From positions 1 through 54,107 of IMG/VR virus record IMGVR_UViG_3300009422_000007: 54,107 nucleotides of DNA; one strand, 5' to 3'. Below the pieces are notes generated by a model that saw nothing but the letters and a program-made list of their open reading frames with translations, did no database searches and had not been told where the DNA came from. The position numbers and the translations under genes are program-made. Positions 47,030 to 54,107 of the stretch are shown one piece after another. The stretch's first letter is position 1; every line of letters begins with the position of its first letter. This stretch comes from a virus (taxonomy: Duplodnaviria; Caudoviricetes).

Positions 47030-48004
47030 ATGGGATATAATATGACAACAAATTTAAAAAACGTTTACTTGAAGAATAAGGACCTACTTGCTCAGATACA
47101 TAAGAGCAAATTGAAGTTTTGTTGGAAAGAGGACCTAAAGGCTTATGGAGATTATGATGTTATCTTACATGACCTTGCACACTTTCATAATCGTAAAACT
47201 AAAGCATTTCCAGATGGTGCTCTTAATATTGCACGAATTGCCAGAGCCAAAAGGTTTGGTGAAATTGCACATAAAGAAGCATTGAAAGTTTGGGAAGAAG
47301 AAGGAAAAAGGCCCAGCAAGAAACCTAAGTTGGACCAATTTCTTGTAGATACTAAAACTATTCCACAAGAAGAAATAGTAGTTAGGCTTGTTACTTGGGA
47401 TCATATTCCAGAAGAGCCAGGACGTAAAACTAATCCTAAGACACCTGCAGATTATAGGGCCAAAGTTAACTTTCCTCCCTTTAAACATTTTGTTAAAAAG
47501 GAAGGCGAGTGGAAAGAAGTAGTTCGTAGTCATTGGAAAGGTGATTTAGAAACTGGAAACTTTAGTATCGATCATGGAAAGATTACTAATCAATTAGGAG
47601 CAATGTTTTTAAAGTTATGCGAACGTTATAGTTTAAGAAGTAACTGGCGTGGATATAGTTATATTGACGAAATGCGAGGTCAAGCACTAATTCAGTTGGC
47701 CCAAATTGCTTTACAGTTTGATGAAACTAAAAGTCAAAATCCGTTTGCATACTATACTGCTTCAGTTACAAATAGTTTTACTCGTGTATTAAATGTTGAA
47801 AAGCGTCAAAGAGATATCAGAGACGACTTACTACAAGAAGCAGGTCAAATGCCTAGTTGGACTAGACAATCTGAGCATATAGAAAAAGTTAAAGCAGAAG
47901 TTGAAAGACAACTTGCTTTGAAACAAGAAGAGAAAAAAGAAATTGTAAAAGAGGAAGAGCCTTTATCAGAAATGATTGGGCATAACAATCCGCCACAAGA
48001 CTAA
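47030..48004 (+). CDS. gp55: late transcription sigma factor, T4 gp55-like
   Basis: YL.NKDLL, LG.MFLKLCERYS...NWRGYSY.DEM, FDE.KSQNPFAYYT....NSF.R.LN.EK.Q. Confidence 0.85.
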   Translation: MGYNMTTNLKNVYLKNKDLLAQIHKSKLKFCWKEDLKAYGDYDVILHDLAHFHNRKTKAFPDGALNIARIARAKRFGEIAHKEALKVWEEEGKRPSKKPKLDQFLVDTKTIPQEEIVVRLVTWDHIPEEPGRKTNPKTPADYRAKVNFPPFKHFVKKEGEWKEVVRSHWKGDLETGNFSIDHGKITNQLGAMFLKLCERYSLRSNWRGYSYIDEMRGQALIQLAQIALQFDETKSQNPFAYYTASVTNSFTRVLNVEKRQRDIRDDLLQEAGQMPSWTRQSEHIEKVKAEVERQLALKQEEKKEIVKEEEPLSEMIGHNNPPQD

Positions 48005-48022
48005 AGTAAGGAGACCACCAAG

Positions 48023-48406
48023 ATGACGAATCCATTTGAAGATCAAGAACGTTTTATGACAGCTTGCGATCAAACTGTTTATGGGGAGAACATTCCTCAA
48101 TACCAACTGTATCTAAAGCTGATAGAAGAAGAAACTCGAGAACTTGTTGACGCAATTAAGGCTAGCGATAAACAGGAACAACTAGACGCATTAATTGATA
48201 TTCTTGTTGTTACTATTGGTGCAATCCATTCTATGGGTGCTGATGGTGAAGGAGCATGGAAAGAAGTAATGTGGACAAACTTTGCTAAAATTGATGACAT
48301 TACAGGCAAGGTTAATAAAAGAAGTGATGGTAAGATTCTAAAGCCAAAGGACTGGAAAAGCCCAGAGTTACAACAGTATTTGGAGAGAAAAAATGAAGAT
48401 GAGTAA
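48023..48406 (+). CDS. MazG-like / PRA-PH family NTP pyrophosphohydrolase
   Basis: LIEEE..EL, DALID...V..G, W.EV..TN..K, R.DGKILKP..W..P.L. Confidence 0.85.
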   Translation: MTNPFEDQERFMTACDQTVYGENIPQYQLYLKLIEEETRELVDAIKASDKQEQLDALIDILVVTIGAIHSMGADGEGAWKEVMWTNFAKIDDITGKVNKRSDGKILKPKDWKSPELQQYLERKNEDE

Positions 48407-48557
48407 CAGCCCACACTACCTCAAAATTAAACACGAAGCCCTTAAAGTTCTTGTTGAGGAAGCAACAGGAGATAAACTTAAGGTGCTTAAGAAAGAAAAA
48501 CTTTTTGTTAAAGATATGTTAGAAAAGTCTTTACAACTATCAAATAACGTGTTATAA
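48393..48557 (+). CDS. 54 aa DUF465/YdcH-like protein (not in ORF track)
   Basis: Hand translation MKMSNSPHYLKIKHEALKVLVEEATGDKLKVLKKEKLFVKDMLEKSLQLSNNVL*; L..KH..L and LKKEKL..KD motifs; GGAG RBS. Confidence 0.65.
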   Translation: MKMSNSPHYLKIKHEALKVLVEEATGDKLKVLKKEKLFVKDMLEKSLQLSNNVL

Positions 48558-48558
48558 T
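48530..48558 (+). promoter_or_regulatory. sigma70-type promoter for gp47/gp46
   Basis: TTTACA-N17-TATAAT with extended TG, 5 nt before ATG 48564. Confidence 0.65.
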
Positions 48559-48563
48559 AAATT

Positions 48564-49586
48564 ATGATTCAACCTTTTAAAAAAGCGGCATGCTTTACAG
48601 ATATTCACTTTGGGTTACGGAATAACAGTAGAGCCCACAATGATGACTGTACTAATTTTATTAAGTGGTTTGTTGAACAAGCACATAACGAAGGATGTGA
48701 AACTTGCATTTTTCTTGGTGATTGGCACAATAGCCGTAGTAATATTAATGTTAGTACTCTTAACTATACTACAACAAATTTAGAATATTTAAGCCAAAAC
48801 TTTGAAAAAGTATATGCTATTATGGGAAACCATGATTTAGCTTATAGAGAAAAACGTGAGATTAACTCTCTACCTTTTGGTGATTATTTGCCTAATTTGC
48901 AAATTATTAACGATATTACTACAATAGGTGACATGACTATTGTTCCTTGGCTAGTAGGTGATGAGTGGACAGATATGAGAAATATTGAGTCTCGTTATAT
49001 ATTTGGTCACTTTGAGTTGCCTCGCTTTAAGATGAATGCAATGGTAGAGATGCCGGACCATGGAGGACTAAATGAAGGACACTTTCCTAATCAGGAACTA
49101 GTGTTTAGTGGTCACTTCCATAAACGTCAACGTAGAGGTAACATTGTTTATATGGGCAATGCATTTCCTCATAACTTTGCTGATGCAGGCGATGACGAAA
49201 GAGGTATGATGATACTACCTCATGGTGAAGATTATGAATTTAGGACCTGGCCTGATGCTCCTAAATTTAAAACTATGTCACTGACACATGCTATTGATAA
49301 CCACGAACATTTGTTTGATCATACAACATTTGCTCGTGTTACCATTGATGTAGACATTAGTTTTGAAGAAGCTTCTTATATCAAAGAAAAGTGGTATGAT
49401 GAGTACGGAATGCGTGAATTGTCTCTTATCCCAAATGCTAAAGAAGAACATTCTAAAGAATGGGAAGGTGGAGAAATTAAGTTTGAAAGTGTTGATGCTA
49501 TTGTTTTAAATCAGATTCAGTCTATTGATTCTGCCCAGATAGATAAACGTTTATTAGTTGAAATTTATCAAGGATTGAATAAATGA
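48564..49586 (+). CDS. gp47: recombination endonuclease subunit gp47 (SbcD/Mre11-like)
   Basis: TDIHFG, LGDW, GNHD, GHFE, SGHFH metallophosphoesterase motifs. Confidence 0.92.
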   Translation: MIQPFKKAACFTDIHFGLRNNSRAHNDDCTNFIKWFVEQAHNEGCETCIFLGDWHNSRSNINVSTLNYTTTNLEYLSQNFEKVYAIMGNHDLAYREKREINSLPFGDYLPNLQIINDITTIGDMTIVPWLVGDEWTDMRNIESRYIFGHFELPRFKMNAMVEMPDHGGLNEGHFPNQELVFSGHFHKRQRRGNIVYMGNAFPHNFADAGDDERGMMILPHGEDYEFRTWPDAPKFKTMSLTHAIDNHEHLFDHTTFARVTIDVDISFEEASYIKEKWYDEYGMRELSLIPNAKEEHSKEWEGGEIKFESVDAIVLNQIQSIDSAQIDKRLLVEIYQGLNK

Positions 49587-51352
49587 TTGTTTTTAAAAAT
49601 ATAACTATTAAAAACTTTATGAGTGTAGGAAATGTTACACAAGCATTAAATTTAAATGCTGACGGACTTACACTTGTCTTAGGCAACAACTTAGATTTAG
49701 GTGGTGATGGTGCTAGAAATGGTGTTGGTAAGACAACTATTGTTAATGCATTATCGTTTGCACTATATGGTGATGCATTAACTACAATCCGTAAACACAA
49801 TTTAATTAACAAAACTAATGGCAAGAATATGCTTGTTACATTAGAGTTTGAAAAGAACGGTGAAAAGTTTAAAATTGAACGTGGCCGCAGTCCTAATGTA
49901 TTACATTTTTATATTAACGATAACAAGCTCGGCGAAGCAACAGATGAGGGCCAGGGTGAAAATAGGGTCACACAAAAAGAAATAGACAGGCTCATTGGTA
50001 TGGGCAAAGAAATGTTCAAACACCTTGTTGCATTGAACACTTATACACAACCTTTCTTAGCATTACGAGCTAACGATCAAAGAGAAATTATTGAAGAACT
50101 ATTAGGAATTACCCAGCTCAGTGAAAAAGCAGACATACTCAAGGAAAATATTCGTAATACTAAAGATTTAGTTAAAGATGAAGAATCAAGGCATCGTGCA
50201 TTAGAAGAAAGTAATTCTAGGGTAAAGCAAACTATTGACGATTTGAAAAGACGTAGTAGGACTTGGACCAAGAAAAAAGATGAGGACCTTACTAATATCC
50301 TAGCAGGTATCACTGAACTAGAATCCACAGATATTGATGCAGAGATACAAGCTCATAGAGATTTAGAAGTTTTTAAAGAAAACGATAATCGCCTAAAGTT
50401 AGCAAATAATGAATTAGGATTACGACAGAGTAATATTAATAAGTTGAAAGAATCTTTTAAAGTTTCTGAATCAAATCTACTATCTTTGCAAGAAAATAAG
50501 TGTCATACATGTGGACAAGATATACATGATGATAAACAGAAAACTTTGCTTGACGATGCAAATAAATTAGTGGTCCAGATTAAAGATGCATTAAAAGATG
50601 AACATGGATTACTTGCACAAGCAGACCTTTCAGTTAGAGAAATTGGAGATATGGGTACTAGACCAGTTACAAAGTATCCTAACATCGAAGAAGCAATTAA
50701 ACATCAAAGTAACTTAGATAATTTAAAAAGTACATTGGTGTCTAAGGAAGGAGAGGCAGATCCTTACCAGGAGCAAATAGAAGCTCTTGAAACTACTGCC
50801 CTTGCAGAAATTTCATGGGATAACATGAATAAGTTTACAAGACTGCAAGAACATCAGGAATTTTTGCTTAAATTGCTTACTAATAAGGACTCATTTGTCC
50901 GTAAACGTATTATAGAGCAGAATTTAGCATATTTGAACCACAGACTAGGTTATTACTTAGATAAGTTACAATTACCACATGAAGTGGAATTTAAAAGCGA
51001 CTTAGAGGTCGACATTACTCAGTTAGGTCAAACATTTGATTTTGACAACCTAAGTAGAGGAGAACGCAACAGGCTAATCCTAGCTCTAAGTTGGAGTTTT
51101 AGAGATGTATACGAGAGTTTTACAGAGCCTATGAATTTATTGTTTATCGATGAATTAGTAGACTCAGGCATGGACCAAGTTGGTATTGAGTTATCAATGG
51201 GTGTCTTAAAGAAAATGGGCCGTGAAATGAACCGTAATGTCTTTTTAATCAGCCACCGAGACGAACTCGCTGGTCGTGTAAACAACGTACTAATGGTTGT
51301 CAAGCAAAACGGTTTTACTATGCTTGATAACTCGACAGAAATTATTTTATAA
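49583..51352 (+). CDS. gp46: recombination ATPase subunit gp46 (SbcC/Rad50-like)
   Basis: KNFMSVGN, NGVGKTT Walker A, coiled coil with CHTCGQ zinc hook, LSRGE signature, FIDE Walker B, ISH. Confidence 0.95.
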   Translation: MIVFKNITIKNFMSVGNVTQALNLNADGLTLVLGNNLDLGGDGARNGVGKTTIVNALSFALYGDALTTIRKHNLINKTNGKNMLVTLEFEKNGEKFKIERGRSPNVLHFYINDNKLGEATDEGQGENRVTQKEIDRLIGMGKEMFKHLVALNTYTQPFLALRANDQREIIEELLGITQLSEKADILKENIRNTKDLVKDEESRHRALEESNSRVKQTIDDLKRRSRTWTKKKDEDLTNILAGITELESTDIDAEIQAHRDLEVFKENDNRLKLANNELGLRQSNINKLKESFKVSESNLLSLQENKCHTCGQDIHDDKQKTLLDDANKLVVQIKDALKDEHGLLAQADLSVREIGDMGTRPVTKYPNIEEAIKHQSNLDNLKSTLVSKEGEADPYQEQIEALETTALAEISWDNMNKFTRLQEHQEFLLKLLTNKDSFVRKRIIEQNLAYLNHRLGYYLDKLQLPHEVEFKSDLEVDITQLGQTFDFDNLSRGERNRLILALSWSFRDVYESFTEPMNLLFIDELVDSGMDQVGIELSMGVLKKMGREMNRNVFLISHRDELAGRVNNVLMVVKQNGFTMLDNSTEIIL

Positions 51353-51362
51353 GGAGAATAAC

Positions 51363-51563
51363 ATGTCAGATAAAGATCCAAGAGATTCAGCACATCATTT
51401 GTCACTAATGGAAAATATGGATACCTATATTGCTGAAAATAGAAAGTTTGTAGAAAAAGGTGTTAAGGCAAGTGCAACTAGAGCTCGTAAAGCTCTTCAA
51501 GCTATTGCTGTCGCTGTAAAAGAAAGACGTAAAGAAATTACAGAAGAAAAAAACGCCCTTTAG
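51363..51563 (+). CDS. small basic histone H1-like (Hc1-type) protein
   Basis: ATG 51363 after AAGGAG; F.EKG.KASATRARKAL......K..RKEI. Confidence 0.7.
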   Translation: MSDKDPRDSAHHLSLMENMDTYIAENRKFVEKGVKASATRARKALQAIAVAVKERRKEITEEKNAL

Positions 51564-52076
51564 ATGCCTAGTAAAAGTAAGACTAAAGGATCAAGTTTTG
51601 AGAGGGAGGTTGCGACACATCTCTCAGAAATTTACAACGAAAGTTTTGTTCGAGTTCCAAACTCAGGAGCGTTCGTTGGTGGAATGAATAATGTCCGTAG
51701 AAGCTATCTAAGTGAAGAACAAATTAGAGGCTTCAAAGGAGATATCATTCCAGGTCCTAGTTTTCCTTTGCTAGTATTTGAGTGCAAATTTTATGCAGAC
51801 TTTCCTTTCCATCAATTACTCCAAAATACGGACGTACTGATATTAGATGAATGGATAAATCAAACTATAGACTGCATGGATGATAATGACTTAGGACTTC
51901 TTTGTATGAAGTTTAATAGAAAAGGTCGTTACATTGCATACGAGGACAAGTTTAAGTTTAAAACAACAAGATCTATAAACTACAAAAATTGGCTCATTAC
52001 AGAATACGATTCCTTTTGGGAATTAAACATAGAACAAGTAAAAACATACTCACAGCTCACAGAGACCATCTCTTAA
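51564..52076 (+). CDS. Holliday junction resolvase (PD-(D/E)XK nuclease)
   Basis: SK.KG..FEREVA..L, F.RVP.SGA, GDI, ECK.Y. Confidence 0.8.
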   Translation: MPSKSKTKGSSFEREVATHLSEIYNESFVRVPNSGAFVGGMNNVRRSYLSEEQIRGFKGDIIPGPSFPLLVFECKFYADFPFHQLLQNTDVLILDEWINQTIDCMDDNDLGLLCMKFNRKGRYIAYEDKFKFKTTRSINYKNWLITEYDSFWELNIEQVKTYSQLTETIS

Positions 52077-52490
52077 ACACATTGGCAAGCTATCTACTGA
52101 TAGGTTAGTGCAAGCCGTTTATATTGCACCCATAAAATCTGGATCAATTGAGGATCACAGAGGACGGAAATTCTGAGCAGTAGCAGAGACATATCACCAC
52201 TATCCTTGACAGGACGTAGTTCAAACAGCATGAAACTGGACTGGTGTATGTATATTATTGCTAAAATGAGTAGGCTCTGGTGAACTATTACAACCTACAT
52301 AACATTAGAATTGGTTTGGTTCGGTTCTATTGTTTGCGTTATTACAGTCGAGAGTAAAAGGGTACAGCGTAACCGCCCTAACATAATATGTTTCTTTAAC
52401 CAAAGTGTGGTACGAGTCTGGGTCAAGACAAACCATTTACCTTAGCCCCCAAACGGGGCTAAGTGTGGATACTCATCCAGCTCAAGCTAT
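52077..52490 (+). ncRNA. candidate large structured non-coding RNA (family unidentified)
   Basis: Largest intergenic gap in the window; more G+C-rich than its flanks; at least 9 local helices plus long-range complementary pairs; G-U pairs favour the + strand. Confidence 0.55.
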
Positions 52491-52564
52491 AATTATTATT
52501 CATGTATATAAAAAAAATTACAGTATCATAACAATACCATTAATTATCTTTCGAAGTTTAAATG

Positions 52565-52614
52565 TGAATGAGTTAAGCGAAGCGAAACGATATTCAAGAA
52601 CGAAGTATTCGTTC
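52565..52614 (+). other. hairpin cluster with GCGAAGC mini-hairpin (origin-like or terminator)
   Basis: GCGAAGC at 52577-52583; GAACGAA-GTA-TTCGTTC at 52598-52614; AT-rich tract at 52490-52560. Confidence 0.4.
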
Positions 52615-52652
52615 TATTACTGATACTTAACATTGTTAATGGAGTATTACGA

Positions 52653-52880
52653 CTAACCTACTCTGTTAGCTATGCCTTTCTTACCATACATCGTGTCAAT
52701 CTTCTCTTTAACGACTTCTGATAAGACGGCTCTGTCAGTATAAGGCATATCCCAAAGTACGTTTATTGGGTTATTTGACCATACACTTAAATTACATATG
52801 TCTTGGGTTAGGGCTCTTGCGTCAGTTTCAAAACTTTCGATATACTTGTTAATCTTATTTGAATCAGTTCCTAGACTCAA
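52653..52880 (-). CDS. gp51-like baseplate hub / tail assembly chaperone C-terminal ORF, probably reached by -1 frameshift
   Basis: W.MP..DR motif; TTG start without RBS, in the -1 frame of the upstream gene. Confidence 0.6.
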   Translation of the reverse strand: MSLGTDSNKINKYIESFETDARALTQDICNLSVWSNNPINVLWDMPYTDRAVLSEVVKEKIDTMYGKKGIANRVG

Positions 52881-53764
52881 GAGCCTGCGGAAAAAAAACT
52901 TGTTGGATCAAATAGCATATCTGTTTTATATTGTTCTTTACAATAATCACATTCAGCAGTTATTTCTCTAATAATTCCATATTCTTGAAATGCTTTAAGT
53001 TCTTCTTCAAGTCTATCTACGGAACCTCTATCTAAATTCATTAACCAATCACCAATATGCTTTCTATCTGTAATTTCATTGTCAGCATCATCTCCTGGAA
53101 TAACAACTTTAAGAATAGCACCAATTAATAAGTCTTGGCTTAGGTCAACTAATTGTGCAAAGCCAGTGTTTGCAATTTCTGTTTGTCTTTCAACTGCTTC
53201 TTCACGTTGCTCACTTGCTTGTAAAGAACGCATAGAATCAAATTGCATTTTTAATAAACGTGACTGATCCTTTAAGTTATAAGGTCTTAAATGTATTTGT
53301 AAGTTATTTGATAGTTTAACGATGCCTAATTTATCTGGAATTGGCTTTAATGTACCAATTATCTGTCCTAAACTTACATTTATTCTCTGAGACTTGCCGT
53401 CTGCTTCGTTACAGCCGTGACTAATATCCATTGGCATGTCATCTCCGTAACTTGCCATCTTAATAGCAACTAAGATCATATCAACATCTGCTGACGGAAT
53501 TTCATCAACATTAACAATGTCTGGGCAAGAACTTTTGATTACACTTCGCATAGCCTCGCCGTTAAATAAAGCGTCAGGGTTTTTAAGACGTAGTTCGTCT
53601 TTTGCAGTCATTGGATAGATAGCAAGTTCATTGCTATCTGTTAACTTAGGTGCTTCCTTGTAATATCTTCCATTTGAAGGAAGAGATATGTATGTACCGG
53701 GCTGTCTGAAATAATCCGATAAAGGGTTGGCAGTTTGTCCGGAAAGTGGGTTTTTATTATCCAT
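52877..53764 (-). CDS. gp26: baseplate hub assembly protein, gp26-like
   Basis: NPL..YFRQP..YI.LPS.G.YY, PMTAKDE...K.PDAL.NG, D.D.IL.AI..ASYG, C..C, FDPTSFF. Confidence 0.8.
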   Translation of the reverse strand: MDNKNPLSGQTANPLSDYFRQPGTYISLPSNGRYYKEAPKLTDSNELAIYPMTAKDELRLKNPDALFNGEAMRSVIKSSCPDIVNVDEIPSADVDMILVAIKMASYGDDMPMDISHGCNEADGKSQRINVSLGQIIGTLKPIPDKLGIVKLSNNLQIHLRPYNLKDQSRLLKMQFDSMRSLQASEQREEAVERQTEIANTGFAQLVDLSQDLLIGAILKVVIPGDDADNEITDRKHIGDWLMNLDRGSVDRLEEELKAFQEYGIIREITAECDYCKEQYKTDMLFDPTSFFSAGS

Positions 53765-53860
53765 GTAGTTAATCCTATAAGGTAAATAGGCTTATAGAAG
53801 CCTAATATGTGTAAATATACTTATACCGGGTTATAACGAATCAAAGGTCCAAATTAATAA

Positions 53861-54107
53861 ATGGAAGAAGAATTATTACAAGCGATTAATAAATTAACGG
53901 ACGAGATTGCCAAAATGTCTGCACGAACTGGTGCTAGGACAGGTGGAACTCGTGCAAAGCAACCTGCTGACGCTACAGCCGCATCAATGGATAAGCTAAA
54001 GCAAGGAGTGCAAGGAACTACTGCCAGTTTAAAGAAAACAGCTGAATCTAATGACAAACTTATACAAACATCTAAAAGACTTACTTGGGAACAAAGATCA
54101 CAAATAA
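53861..54107 (+). CDS. N-terminus of a probable tape measure protein (truncated by the window)
   Basis: Open from ATG 53861 to the window end (MEEELLQAINKLTDEIAKMSARTGARTGG...); Ala/Thr/Lys helical composition; adjacent to the gp26-like gene; TAAATA upstream. Confidence 0.5.
   Translation, partial: MEEELLQAINKLTDEIAKMSARTGARTGGTRAKQPADATAASMDKLKQGVQGTTASLKKTAESNDKLIQTSKRLTWEQRSQI

Noticed and set aside
51297-51362. N-terminal extension of the Hc1-like ORF
   Set aside because: Overlaps gp46; the AAGGAG RBS supports ATG 51363.
52270-52278. GTAGGCTCT in the structured element as an antisense match to the GAGCCAC leader motif
   Set aside because: Only 6 contiguous pairs, partly buried in a local stem; within chance expectation.
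52077-52490. tRNA, tmRNA, RNase P RNA or group I/II intron identity for the structured element
   Set aside because: No cloverleaf with T-loop/CCA, no recognisable RNase P or intron core by eye, and no interrupted gene flanks it. A covariance-model search is still needed.
52405-52623. 72 aa ORF inside the intergenic element
   Set aside because: GTG start without RBS, low-complexity Ile-rich translation, and it overlaps hairpins better explained as structure.
886-54057. Many 60-140 aa ORFs antisense to, or out of frame within, long genes (e.g. 886, 1432, 21239, 31815, 39743, 47165, 51028, 53854)
   Set aside because: Shadow ORFs: fully overlapped by motif-bearing genes, no RBS, atypical composition.
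1-54107. CRISPR array, DGR/reverse transcriptase, integrase, transposase, intein or homing endonuclease
   Set aside because: No regularly spaced repeats and no such motifs in any ORF; thyX, gp46 and gp47 are uninterrupted.
1-54107. Stop-codon reassignment
   Set aside because: The standard code gives dense full-length genes, and TAA, TAG and TGA all end genes at sensible operon junctions.

Overview
AT-rich segment of a large T4-superfamily myovirus genome. The gene set and order resemble Rak2/PBECO4-like jumbo phages, probably aquatic; this is recognition from memory, not a database result. From left to right: (i) small conserved late and early genes, a MoxR AAA+ / metallopeptidase-VWA pair, an exported histidine phosphatase and a PiT-like transporter (0-8.9 kb); (ii) a ~17 kb enzyme island with five HxD...H Fe(II)/2OG-type oxygenases, two membrane His-box enzymes (fatty-acid hydroxylase, acyl desaturase), two PP-loop ATP pyrophosphatases, two GNAT-like proteins, a methyltransferase, at least four glycosyltransferases and thyX (8.9-25.8 kb); (iii) a minus-strand tail fibre/baseplate block (25.8-46.9 kb); (iv) gp55 late sigma factor, MazG-like hydrolase, gp47/gp46 nuclease, Hc1-like protein and Holliday junction resolvase (47-52 kb); (v) a ~400 nt densely base-paired non-coding element followed by GAA mini-hairpins; (vi) a gp26/gp51-like pair joined by an in-phase T-TTT-TTT -1 slippery site, and the start of a probable tape measure gene. 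Sigma70-type early promoters and TAAATA late promoters are readable, and six late genes look leaderless. The best candidates for new biology are the structured non-coding element, the late-expressed glycosylation/hydroxylation/acylation operon and the frameshift.
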